This document shows, piece by piece, positions 36,489 to 46,416 of a DNA stretch of 64,000 bases. The notes below the pieces were generated by a model. It was not told where the DNA came from. It worked only from the letters and a program-made list of their open reading frames with translations, and did not search any database. The translations under genes and the position numbers were made by a program. The DNA is from Alphaproteobacteria bacterium. Lineage in GTDB: Bacteria > Pseudomonadota > Alphaproteobacteria > GCA-2731375. The stretch lies in the NCBI GenBank assembly GCA_965226475.1, contig CBDDDJ010000003.1, positions 139,964 to 203,963 of the forward strand, read 5' to 3'. Within the stretch, counting starts at the first letter, position 1, and every line of letters begins with the position of its first letter.

Positions 36489-38573
36489 CTAAAGCTCGAT
36501 CACGATGTTCCCATAATCGTCCAGCCTGGCCGTGGCGCCCGGCGGGATCACCGTGGTGCTGTCGTATTCCTCGACGATGGCCGGGCCCGGCAGCACCTCG
36601 GCCAAGTCGGCGCGGGCGAGGATGGGGGTGTCCAACCAGCCGTGCTCGGGGCCGAAATAGGCCTCGCGGCTGCCGCCGCCCGAGTCGTACTCGGTGCCGG
36701 CATCGATCCGGTCGGGGACGCGCGCGCGGTCGGGCAGGCCCTGGCCGACGACCTGGACGTTGACCAGTTCCACCGGCTCCTCCGGGCCGGCGCGGTGGCC
36801 ATAGGTCGTCTCGTGCTCCTGGCCGAAGGCTTCGTCCATGGCGGCGACGGCGGCGGCGTCGATTCTACCGTTGGCGACCGGCACCGTCAGCTCGTAGATC
36901 TGGCCCTTGTAGTGCATGTTGGCGGCGCGGCGGATCCGCATCTGGTCCGCCCGGAAGCCGTCGGCGGCGAGCTGCGCGCGGGCCTCGTCGGCCATCGCCT
37001 CCCAGACCTCGTTCAGCTCCGCCGGGTCGGCGTCGTTCAGCATGCGGCGGAAGGTGCGGGAGTAGTGATGCTCCACGTCGGCATACAACAGGCCGAAGGA
37101 GGAGAAGAGGCCGGCCGAGGGCGGCACCACGATCCGCTTCATCGACAGGGCCTCCGCCATGCCGGCGGCGAAGACCGGGCCGTTGCCGCCGAAGGCGAAG
37201 AGGGTGTATTCGCGGGGATCGCGCCCGCGTTCGCTGGAGACGGCCTTGATCGCCCGGATCATGTTGGAGCCGGCGATCAGGTGCGCGCCGTGTGCCGCCC
37301 GGGCCAGTTCCAGCCCCATGGGCTCGGCCACGCGCTCCTGGAAGACGCGGCGGGCCTTTTCCGCGTTCAGCTTCACGGCACCGCCGACCAGATGGCCGGG
37401 GTTGATGTAGCCGAGGATCAGATTGGCGTCCGTGATCGTCGGATCCTCGCCGCCAATGTCGTAGCAGACGGGGCCCGGTTCGGCGCCGGCACTCTCGGGC
37501 CCGATCTGCAGGCTTCCGCCGGCGTCGATCCAGCACTTGGAGCCGCCGCCGGCGCCGACCTCGGCCAAGTCGATCGCCGGGATCTTCAGTATGTAGCCCG
37601 CGCCCGTCAGCAGGCGGGAGCCCATCATGATGCCGCCGCCTACCTGGTATTCCTGGCTGCGCGTGACCTCGCCGCCCTCGATCAGCGCCGCCTTGGCCGT
37701 GGTGCCACCCATGTCGAGGGTGATGACGTCGGAAAGTCCCATCTTCTCGGCCAAGGCCTGGGAGCCTACGACGCCGCCGGCGGGCCCGCTCTCGATGATG
37801 TTGGCCGGCAGGCGGGCCGCGACCTCGGAGGTCGTCAGGCCGCCGTTCGACTGCATCAACAACAGCGGCGAGGTGATCGAGACGTCGTTCAGGTCGGCGC
37901 GCAGCTGGTTCAAATACCGCGCCACCACCGGCAGGATGTAGGCGTTGATGACCGTGGTCGAGGTCCGCTCGTATTCCTTGATCTCCGGCAGCACGTCGAA
38001 GCTGATGCAGCTCGGCAGGTCGGGCGCCTTGCGCGCCAGGATCTCCTTCAGCATTTGTTCGTGCGTCGGATTGGCGAAGGAATTCAGCAGGCAGACGGCG
38101 ATCGCCTCCACCCCTTCCGCCAGCAGCCGGTCGATGGCGGCCTCCGCGTCGGCCGGATCCAGCGCCTTCAGCACCTCGCCGTCGACCGAGACCCGCTCGT
38201 CGACGACATGGCGCAAATAGCGCTCGACCAGCGGCGGCGGCTTCTCCCAATGCAGGTCGTAGAGCCGGGGCATGCGCAGGTTGCGGATCTCCAGCACGTC
38301 GCGGAAGCCCTTGGTGGTGATGAGACCGGTGAGGGCGCCTTTATGTTCCAGGATCGCGTTGGAGGCGACGGTGGTGCCGTGGCGGATCTCCTCCACGTCG
38401 TCGCCCGAAAGCCCGGTTTCGGCGAAGACGTCTTGCAGACCCTCGGCGATGGCGTGGGCATAGTTGCCGACGCTGGAGGAGACTTTCTTCGTGTGCAGCT
38501 GGCCGTCGGGGGCGAGAAAGACGATGTCGGTGAAGGTGCCGCCGATGTCGACACCGACGCGAAATTCCGTCAT
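36489..38573 (-). CDS. Hydantoinase A / N-methylhydantoinase A / oxoprolinase subunit (HyuA family, ASKHA ATPase)
   Basis: 694 aa (MTEFRVGVDIGGTFTDIV). Confidence 0.85.
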   Translation of the reverse strand: MTEFRVGVDIGGTFTDIVFLAPDGQLHTKKVSSSVGNYAHAIAEGLQDVFAETGLSGDDVEEIRHGTTVASNAILEHKGALTGLITTKGFRDVLEIRNLRMPRLYDLHWEKPPPLVERYLRHVVDERVSVDGEVLKALDPADAEAAIDRLLAEGVEAIAVCLLNSFANPTHEQMLKEILARKAPDLPSCISFDVLPEIKEYERTSTTVINAYILPVVARYLNQLRADLNDVSITSPLLLMQSNGGLTTSEVAARLPANIIESGPAGGVVGSQALAEKMGLSDVITLDMGGTTAKAALIEGGEVTRSQEYQVGGGIMMGSRLLTGAGYILKIPAIDLAEVGAGGGSKCWIDAGGSLQIGPESAGAEPGPVCYDIGGEDPTITDANLILGYINPGHLVGGAVKLNAEKARRVFQERVAEPMGLELARAAHGAHLIAGSNMIRAIKAVSSERGRDPREYTLFAFGGNGPVFAAGMAEALSMKRIVVPPSAGLFSSFGLLYADVEHHYSRTFRRMLNDADPAELNEVWEAMADEARAQLAADGFRADQMRIRRAANMHYKGQIYELTVPVANGRIDAAAVAAMDEAFGQEHETTYGHRAGPEEPVELVNVQVVGQGLPDRARVPDRIDAGTEYDSGGGSREAYFGPEHGWLDTPILARADLAEVLPGPAIVEEYDSTTVIPPGATARLDDYGNIVIEL

Positions 38574-38616
38574 GGCGTGCTTGTTCCTCGTCTACGGGAT
38601 AGGGGGGATGTCGGGC

Positions 38617-40416
38617 CTATTCGGCCGCGATGTCGTAGGTGGGATCGTTCCAAACGGTGGTGGGGAGCGGCGCGTCACCGCGCGCCGCGACAATGGACCG
38701 GCGTCGCTCGGTCGTTGCCGCCTCGTCGATACCGCCGGCCGCGAGGTCGACGACGACGCCATAGTCGGCGAACGCCTTTTCCGGGCTCAGCAATTCGTTG
38801 CGGACATCGCGTAGCACGGCGCTCGCATCGCGCGTCAGCGGGTCGCCCCAGCCGCCGCCGCCCGGCCATTCGAGGCGATAGAGGTCGTCGCGGCGGAGTA
38901 CGGCCGTGGCCTTGCCCGGCAGTTCGCGCGTCGTGCCCGCGCGGGTCAGGCGGCTGGACGACGGCTGGCCGGTGACGCCACCATGCAAGCCGTAAGGGCG
39001 GAACTTCTGACGGTCGGAGCGAACCTGCAACTGCCCCTCCTCCTCCAGGAAGTGATATTCCCGGTAGTAGGGATCGCCGCCCCGGCAGCGCCCGGCGCCG
39101 GCCCGGTCGGGCAGCAGCTCGTAGGCCGGGATGCGCAGGGGATATTCCGCCTCCACCACCTCGACCGATTGCGCGGCGAGGTTGGCGAAGAGGCTGGAGT
39201 TGGCCGAGAGCCCGTCGGCCCAGGGCCGCCCGCCCCAGGCGCCGCAGCAGGCGTCGTGAAAGACGTAGGGCACGGCCCGCTCCTCGCGCCGGCCGCCAAT
39301 GGCGACGACGCAGACGCCGCCGTCGCTCGCCGCGCCGACCTTGTCGGGTACCATCATCGCCAGGGCGCCGAAGGTGCAGTCCATCATGCGGAAGCCGGTG
39401 ACGCCGCGCATGGCGCAGGCGCCGGGCATTACCACGGATGTGACGGTGCCGGGCGGCGTGGTGACGTCAATCGGCCGGAACATGCCCTCGTTGTTGGGAA
39501 TGTCCGCCGGCAGGATGGAGCGGACGGCGGTGTAGGTCGCCGCGGCGCTGAAGGAATGGGTCGTGTTGATCGCCGCCTTCACCTGGGCCGACGAGCCGGT
39601 CCAGTCGGCCATGATGCCGTCGCCCGATTTGGTGATGGTGAGGAACAGGCGGACGGGCGTCTCCAGGTCGACGCCGTCGTCGTCGATCCAGTCCTCGAAA
39701 CTCCAGGTGCCGTCGGGCAGTTCCGAAATCGCCGCGCGGGTCATGCGCTCGGCATGGTCGACGAGTTCCCTCATGTAGCGTTTTGCCGGCTCGGCGCCGA
39801 AACGCCCGATCAGTTCCAGGAACTGGCGCTCGGCGATATGGCAGGCGGAGAGTTGGGCGCGGAGATCGCCGAACAGCGTCACCGGCATCCGCACGTTTTT
39901 CTCGATCATCTGGAAGAGGGATTCGTTGCGCTCCCCCTTCTCGTACAGCTTCAAGGGCGGGATGCGGAGGCCTTCCTGGAAGATTTCGTTCGAATCCGCC
40001 GCCATCGAGCCCGGCACCCGGCCGCCGATATCGGCCTGGTGACAGGTCGTCGCGGCGAAGGCGATCCGCGTGCCAGCGTGGAAGATCGGCTTGAAGGCGA
40101 AGATGTCGGGCAGGTGCATGCCGCCGTCGAAGGGATCGTTCATGACGACGACATCGCCTTCGTGCAGGTCGCCGTCGAAATCCCGCAGCACCGACTTGAC
40201 CGCCTCGGGCACCGAGCCCAGATGGCCCGGCAGGGTCAGGCCCTGGGCGACGACCGTGCCCGCCGCGTCGGTGAGCGCGGTCGAATAGTCCATGGTGTCG
40301 CGCAGGATCGGCGAATAGGCGACGCGGCAGATCGTCAGCGCCATCTCGTCGGCGATGGCGAAGGCGGAATTCTTGAACAGCTCGAAGGCGATCGGGTCGA
40401 AGTCTCGGTTACGCAT
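38617..40416 (-). CDS. Hydantoinase B / oxoprolinase subunit (HyuB family), paralog 1
   Basis: Start at MRNRDFDPIAFELFKNS. The upstream 52 codons of the ORF track are judged spurious. Confidence 0.85.
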   Translation of the reverse strand: MRNRDFDPIAFELFKNSAFAIADEMALTICRVAYSPILRDTMDYSTALTDAAGTVVAQGLTLPGHLGSVPEAVKSVLRDFDGDLHEGDVVVMNDPFDGGMHLPDIFAFKPIFHAGTRIAFAATTCHQADIGGRVPGSMAADSNEIFQEGLRIPPLKLYEKGERNESLFQMIEKNVRMPVTLFGDLRAQLSACHIAERQFLELIGRFGAEPAKRYMRELVDHAERMTRAAISELPDGTWSFEDWIDDDGVDLETPVRLFLTITKSGDGIMADWTGSSAQVKAAINTTHSFSAAATYTAVRSILPADIPNNEGMFRPIDVTTPPGTVTSVVMPGACAMRGVTGFRMMDCTFGALAMMVPDKVGAASDGGVCVVAIGGRREERAVPYVFHDACCGAWGGRPWADGLSANSSLFANLAAQSVEVVEAEYPLRIPAYELLPDRAGAGRCRGGDPYYREYHFLEEEGQLQVRSDRQKFRPYGLHGGVTGQPSSSRLTRAGTTRELPGKATAVLRRDDLYRLEWPGGGGWGDPLTRDASAVLRDVRNELLSPEKAFADYGVVVDLAAGGIDEAATTERRRSIVAARGDAPLPTTVWNDPTYDIAAE

Positions 40417-40426
40417 GCGCGATCCC

Positions 40427-42223
40427 TTACTCCGCCGCCTGGGCCCGCACCGGGTCGGCCCAGTTGATCGCCGCCGCCTCGCCGTCCGGTCGGGCGGCGC
40501 GCATCTCTTGGCGGAGCTGGGCGGTCGCCGCCTCGTCGACCCGCCAGGCGTCGAGATCCAGAATGACGCCATAGTCGGCCCGCGCGCGCTCGACGCTCAG
40601 GAACTCGTTGCGGACGTCCTTCTGCACGGCCGCCGGCTCCCGCTCCAACGGGTCGCCCCAGCCGCCGCCGCCCGCCAGCTCGTGGCGGAAGACGGTGCCG
40701 CGCGTGATATCCATGGTGAGCTTCGAGGGCAGCAGCTCGTTTTCCCCGTCCGGGTTCATGAAGTTGAGCGAGGGCTGGCCCGCGCCGCCGCCATAGAGGC
40801 CATAGGGCCGGAAGCGCCGTCGGTCGGAGCGGACCTGGAAGATGCCTTCCTCCTCCAGGAATTCGTAATCGCGGCGATAGGGGACGCCGCCCCGGTATTT
40901 GCCGATGCCGGCGCGGTCGGGAATGAATTCGTAGGAGCCGATCCTCAGTGGGTTCTCCGCCTCCGTCACCTCGACCGACTGAGAGGCCATGTTGGCGAAT
41001 ATGTTGGAATTGCCTTCGAGCCCATCCGCCCACGGCCGGCCGCCCCAGGTGCCGCAGGTGAAGTCTACATAGATGAAGGGATTGCGGTCTTCATCATAGC
41101 CACCCACCGAGACGCCGGTGTTGCCGCCGTCGGAGGCCGCGCAGACCCGGTCCGGCACCATCATGGCAAGCGCCCCGAAGGCGCAGTCGACCATGCGGAA
41201 GCCGGTCAGGCCGCGCGCCGCGCAGGCCGCCGGCAGCACGCCGTTGGCGATGGTACCGGGCGGTGCCGTCACCTCGATGACCCGGAAGACGCCCTCGTTG
41301 TTGGGAATGCCGTCGGGCAGGATCGAGCGGATGGCGGTGTAGCTCGCGGCCTTGGTGAAGGAAAGCGTGTTGTTGATCGCCCCCTTCACCTGTTCCGAGG
41401 TGCCTGTCCAGTCGACTTTCATCGAGTCGCCCTGCTTCTCCATGGTGACGAAGAGGCGAATGGGTTTGTCGAGATCGATGCCGTCGTCGTCGATCCAGTC
41501 CTCGAAACTCCAGGTGCCGTCGGGCAGGTCGGAAATCGCCGCCCGGGTCAGCCGCTCGGCATAGTCGATGACCTCGGCCATGTAGAGTTTCACCGTGTCC
41601 TTGCCGTAGCGCTCGATCAGCTCCATGAACTGGCGCTCGGCGATGGTGCAGGCCGAGAGCTGGGCGCGGAGGTCGCCGAAGACCTTCACCGGCACGCGGA
41701 CGTTCTTCTCGATCATGGCGAAGATGGTCTCGTTGCGCTTGCCCGCCTCGAACAGCTTCAAGGGCGGAATGCGCAGGCCTTCCTGGTAGATTTCGGTGGA
41801 GTCGGCGGCGTTGGAGCCGGCGACGCGACCGCCGACGTCCGTGTGGTGGCAGATCGTCGCGGCGAAGGCGACGCGCTCGCCTTCGTAAAAGAGCGGCTGG
41901 AAGACGAAGATATCGGGCAGGTGCATGCCGCCATCGAAGGGATCGTTCATGATGAACATGTCGCCTTCGTTAATGTCGTTCGCGAACCGGTCCACGATCA
42001 CCGCCAGTGCCGTCGGGATCGAACCCAGGTGGCCTGGCAGGGTCAGGCCTTGCGCCACCAGATTGCCGTCGGCGTCGGCGAAGGCGGTGGAGAAGTCCAT
42101 GTTGTCGCGCAGCACGCTCGAATAGGTCGTGCGGCAGATGGTCAACGCCATCTCGTCGGCGATCGAAAAGATCGAGTTCTTGAAGAGCTCGAAGGCGATC
42201 GGATCCTGGATCTCGGTCATCGT
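40427..42223 (-). CDS. Hydantoinase B family protein, paralog 2 (tandem)
   Basis: Start at MTEIQDPIAFELFKNS. About 60% identical to paralog 1. Confidence 0.85.
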   Translation of the reverse strand, partial: TMTEIQDPIAFELFKNSIFSIADEMALTICRTTYSSVLRDNMDFSTAFADADGNLVAQGLTLPGHLGSIPTALAVIVDRFANDINEGDMFIMNDPFDGGMHLPDIFVFQPLFYEGERVAFAATICHHTDVGGRVAGSNAADSTEIYQEGLRIPPLKLFEAGKRNETIFAMIEKNVRVPVKVFGDLRAQLSACTIAERQFMELIERYGKDTVKLYMAEVIDYAERLTRAAISDLPDGTWSFEDWIDDDGIDLDKPIRLFVTMEKQGDSMKVDWTGTSEQVKGAINNTLSFTKAASYTAIRSILPDGIPNNEGVFRVIEVTAPPGTIANGVLPAACAARGLTGFRMVDCAFGALAMMVPDRVCAASDGGNTGVSVGGYDEDRNPFIYVDFTCGTWGGRPWADGLEGNSNIFANMASQSVEVTEAENPLRIGSYEFIPDRAGIGKYRGGVPYRRDYEFLEEEGIFQVRSDRRRFRPYGLYGGGAGQPSLNFMNPDGENELLPSKLTMDITRGTVFRHELAGGGGWGDPLEREPAAVQKDVRNEFLSVERARADYGVILDLDAWRVDEAATAQLRQEMRAARPDGEAAAINWADPVRAQAAE

Positions 42224-42431
42224 TGGCTTGTCCCGCTTGGTTGGGCCGCGACGCGTGGCCGGAGGGAGCATAGCGGGATGGGGCGCATGCGTCGAGACTG
42301 GGCGCGCGTGACTTCCGTCGAGGCCATTTCTCGACCAGCTTATCGGATTGCCGCTTGAGGCCCGACTAGCTACCCTGGGTGGCCGGATCCGGAACGCGTC
42401 TGGACGATGCCGGCCCGGAGGGGCGAGAGAG

Positions 42432-43718
42432 ATGGCCGAAGCCGCTTATCACAAGATGCGTAGGGACGTCGTGCCGGCGCCGGCGGGATGTCCGGTCGAT
42501 CACGCCTTCTCGCCGTTCTCGGACGCCTATCTGGAAAACCCTTATAGCGTGCTGGAAGAGCTTCGCGGCACTTCGCCCACCTTCTATTCGGCGGAACTCG
42601 GCTATCTGGTCTTGACGCGCATGGAGGATGTCGCCGAGGTATTTCGCAACCCCGACCTCTTTGCCTCCGAGAACGTTCAAGATCCGGTCTTGCCGCTCTG
42701 CGCCGCGGCTGCCGAGATCCTGGCGGCGCCCGACTACAACCCCATCGCCGTCCTCTCCAATCGCCCGCGCCCCGACCACACCCGAATCCGAAAGCACGCG
42801 CACGCCGGTTTTTCGAGCCGACGGATGGGCCTCCTCGAGCCTTTTATCCGCCGGCGTTGCGAACCCCTCGTCGATGCGATGCTTGCGCGTGGCGCGCCGG
42901 CGGAATTCCTCGGCGCCGTCGGATTTCCCCTTCCCGGCGAGACGATCTTCCGCTTGCTCGGTTTTTCGCAATCCGACGACGCGCGGCTCAAGGAGTGGAC
43001 CACCTCTCGCCTGACCTTCACCTGGGGCAAGGCGAGCGACGACGAGCAGGTCGATATCGCGCGGAAGGTGCTCGCCTACTGGCGATATTGCGTTTCCTTC
43101 GTGAAGGCCCGGCGGGCGGAACCGGCCGACGACTTCACCTCGGAACTGTTGGCCGTCCACGACGCCGATTCCGAGGAACTCGGTTTGAGGGAGGTCGAGT
43201 CGATCGTCTACGGCCTTTCCGTCGCGGGCCACGAAATCGTCACCAACTACCTGAGCAACGCGCTGATCACCCTGCTCGCCAATCGCAAGCATTGGGACGA
43301 ACTTCGCGCCGATCCGGAACTTATTCCCAACGCTCTGGAGGAGGTGCTCCGCTTCAACTCGCCTCAGACGAGCTGGCGGCGTCTCGCCACCCGGGATTGC
43401 CAGCTGGCGGGCTACGAAATACCCGCCGGCACCCAGATCTTCCTGTCGCTCGCCTCGGCAAATCACGACGAGGCGCAATTCCAGGACCCGGGCACCTTCG
43501 ATATGCACAGAACGAACGCCCGGGCGCATATTTCATTCGGCCGCGGCATCCATTTTTGTCTCGGCAACAGGCTGGCGATCCTGGAAGCGATCATCACGCT
43601 CGAAACGCTGATCGAGCGCGTTCCTTCCCTCGCTCTCGTCGCGGACCGGGAACCCGGTTACATCCCCAATTTCACTTTCCGGGGCCCCAAGGAATTGTGG
43701 CTGACGTGGTCTGACTGA
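42432..43718 (+). CDS. Cytochrome P450 monooxygenase
   Basis: Heme-binding loop FGRGIHFCLG. Divergent from the hydantoinase genes across a 209-bp gap. Confidence 0.85.
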   Translation: MAEAAYHKMRRDVVPAPAGCPVDHAFSPFSDAYLENPYSVLEELRGTSPTFYSAELGYLVLTRMEDVAEVFRNPDLFASENVQDPVLPLCAAAAEILAAPDYNPIAVLSNRPRPDHTRIRKHAHAGFSSRRMGLLEPFIRRRCEPLVDAMLARGAPAEFLGAVGFPLPGETIFRLLGFSQSDDARLKEWTTSRLTFTWGKASDDEQVDIARKVLAYWRYCVSFVKARRAEPADDFTSELLAVHDADSEELGLREVESIVYGLSVAGHEIVTNYLSNALITLLANRKHWDELRADPELIPNALEEVLRFNSPQTSWRRLATRDCQLAGYEIPAGTQIFLSLASANHDEAQFQDPGTFDMHRTNARAHISFGRGIHFCLGNRLAILEAIITLETLIERVPSLALVADREPGYIPNFTFRGPKELWLTWSD

Positions 43719-43743
43719 TTGTCGCACCCGGGGCGCGTCCGGG

Positions 43744-44571
43744 TTATGACACTGGCGCTTGGCGGCCGGGGACGCGGTCGTTGAAGCCGGGCGGCCGGCG
43801 AAAATGATGCTCGCTCGCCTGTTCGAAGGCATGCGCCAGGCGCAGCAGCGTGGCCTCGTCGCCGGCCTTGGCATGCGGCATCAGGCCGATCGGCAGGGCG
43901 TCGGCGGTGAAGCCGCAGGGTAGCGAATTCGCCGCCAGTCCCAGCAGATTGCCGATCCGGGTGTTGCGGGCATAGAGCCGGTCCCAGGCCTCGTAGCCCT
44001 CCGGCGACCGGTCGACCTCGGCCAGCGGCCGGGCGGGCCCCGGCGTTGTCGGGGCGATCACGGCATCGATGTCGGCGAGGCACCGGGCGGCGGCCTCCGC
44101 CAACTCTTCCCGCGCGCGCAGGGCCCGGAGATAGTCGACCGCCGTCGCCTCGCGGGCGCGCCTGGCGCGGAATTCATGGGTGGCGCCATAGGCTTGGCCG
44201 ATGTCGTCGAAGCGTTCGGTGAGCGCCAGATGGCCCTCGACGATGCTGATCAGGCCGCCTGGATTGATTTCGGGCGCCCGCTCCGCCTCCGGGAAATCCA
44301 GCCGCTCGATCCGGGCGCCCTGTCTCTCGAAGACGGCTACGGCGCCGCGCACCGCCGCCTCGATCCCCGGCGTCAGGTCGCGCCAGAAGATCCCGCCCGG
44401 AACCGCGAGACGCAGGTCCCGAACTTCGCTCATGGGTATTTCGGCATGGCCGTATCGTATCTGTTCGCGGGCCAACCGGAACAAACGACAAAATTTATGG
44501 ACATGGCGATCAGATCGAGCCCGAACGACCCGTTGATGTGGTCGTTTCTGGGCAACAAGGGCATTGCCCAT
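43744..44571 (-). pseudogene. Amidase-signature-family protein, C-terminal part only
   Basis: Matches the C-terminal region of AS-family amidases. The Gly/Ser-rich signature is absent. Confidence 0.5.
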
Positions 44572-44838
44572 GGCATTCTTCGGGATTTTGAAAGCGGCAT
44601 CGCATGTTTGGAGGAAGCTTGCCGCTTCCCGGCCGCGTCCTTCATCCCCTTCACGATGCTCGCGGCACTGTACGCGCTCGCCGACCGGATCGCGGAGGAT
44701 GAAAAGTCGCTGGACCAGGCGCGTCGCCTCGAACCGGGCCTGTCACCGAATCATATGCGGGAATATTACGGTACGGCCGACCGACAATCTTTCGAGATCT
44801 ATTTCGAGGGCTTCGACAAGGCCGGCCTGACGGGTTGA
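44440..44838 (+). pseudogene. C-terminal fragment of a TPR-containing regulator-like protein
   Basis: ORF 44176-44838 has TPR-like C-terminal helices and no credible N-terminus. Lies in a lower-GC decayed zone. Confidence 0.35.
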
Positions 44839-45044
44839 CCGCTACGGGGACCGCCGTTTCCCCGCCTGAAACCGTTTCGCCGTCACGCCGGCGAACGTCG
44901 ATCGCGTCCCGGCGAGATGTGGCTCATCGGGAAAGCGGCGCGACGCAACCTGTCGGGCCGACGGCGGCGCCAGCCCGCCGCGCGACGATCATCCTTCCTT
45001 CCCCGCGCCTTGACCGGGAGCCGGCGTCGTTTCCTCGGAATGTG

Positions 45045-45060
45045 CGAGCCCGCCTTCCGT
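45045..45060. repeat. 16-bp direct repeat GCCTTCCGTGCCCGGC flanking the tandem ISNCY pair (second copy at 47812-47827)
   Basis: Exact 16-mer immediately outside both outer IS ends. The 6 bp between the two copies (CCCGGC) is the tail of the same 16-mer. Confidence 0.8.
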
Positions 45061-46410
45061 GCCCGGCTGTCGAGAACATTTCGAATTGACCGCTTTATGT
45101 ACCATATGAATTGACCGCTTCTGTTGTGGTTGTTGGGCCTGTGGATAAGTGGGGAACCCGCCGTGGCGGGTTGTCCACTTATCCACAGGCCGGGCGCGCG
45201 TCGAAGCGGTTCACTTGGCCGCTCTGCTGTTCTTGGTTTCGTCGAGGACGGTGCCGTCGGCCTGATATCGGGCCAGCCGGCGCGGGCCGTGGAAGACCGC
45301 CAGGGTGCCGCCGGAGTATTCGTGGACCCGCACCGATGCCTTGACGTAATGGCGGCGGTGGCGATCCTCCGGGATCTGCAGCACCAGCCGCTTGTAGCGC
45401 ACCGTGTTGTCGTTGCCGACGATCCGGTCCTCCTGGATGCACAGGATGTCGTCGAGCGATCCGGTGAAGGGGACAAAGGCCGAGCCCTCGGCTTCGGCCG
45501 GCACCGCGAAACGGGCGTTGTGGCGGGGCAGATAAATCTCGCGCAGGAACGCGTTGGCCTCGGCCATCGTGGTGATGGCGGCCAAGCGCAGTTCCTGCGG
45601 CAGGCGATTCTGCAATGTCGCGAACATGCGCTCCGAGCGCCCCCGGGCCTCGGGGGAGTAGGCCGGGATCAGTTCGATGCCCAGCTGGCCCAGGGCTCGG
45701 CCCACCTGGGTCGGGTTGTTCTTGTCCACCTTGCCGCCGGCCTCGGGCGTGTGCCAGTAGTGCGAGGCCCGGTCGGCGTAGAGCGAGCAGAACAGCCCCC
45801 GGACCTCGATCACCTCGCCCAGGGCCCGGAAGCTGCTCATGGTCCCCTCTTCGTCGACGAAGAAGGCCGAGTAGATCTCGCTGGTTGCGTCATCCATGGT
45901 GACGATCAGGTCCCACCACTGCCCGGGAACCCATTGGTGGGTCGAGCCGTCCTGGTGCAGCATCATGGCGGGCAGGGCGCGGCGCGGCCGCTTGCGCCGG
46001 TGCGCGCCTCGCCGCGGTGCCGGACGTTTGCGCCCGTGGGCCTGGAGCGTCAGGCGGACCCAGTTGTAGCTCCGCGTGAAGCCGTGCTCATCGAGCAGCT
46101 TCTCGTGGAAGTGCTTGGCCGTGAAGTCCCAGTAGCGCGTGTCGAACAACTCCAGAACCTCCATCACCGTGTCCACCGGCACCCGGTGCCCCGAGACCTT
46201 GCCCAGCCGGCGGTCATACAGACCCTCCGCGCCTTCCGCCTCAAAGCGACCCCGTTCGCTCGCTCATCCCCAGGATCGACGCCGCCTCCGCCTGGCTCAG
46301 TCGCCGCCGCTTCGCGCGCTCCAGAATCTCCTCGAACTTCATCTGCCGTAGGCAACACCTCGGCCCGTCGCCGCCCTCCTCGAAGGCGACGTTCTAAACC
46401 GGACAGATCA
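45061..46410 (-). mobile_element. ISNCY-like element, copy 3 (decayed: internal deletions, left end missing)
   Basis: Right end and hairpin are intact. The transposase gene has two small deletions relative to copy 4, and the terminal 45 bp of the left end are absent. Confidence 0.75.
45211..46381 (-). pseudogene. ISNCY transposase pseudogene (frameshifted by deletions)
   Basis: ORF 45211-46182 is identical to transposase residues 71-393. The N-terminal part is out of frame. Confidence 0.75.
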
Positions 46411-46416
46411 CCCGGC

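Noticed and set aside
36642-38975. 777-aa plus-strand ORF, and the similar 40355-42358 (667 aa) and 38983-40467 (494 aa) ORFs
   Set aside because: They are antisense to the hydantoinase A and B genes, have no domain signatures, and show a GC-driven absence of stops.
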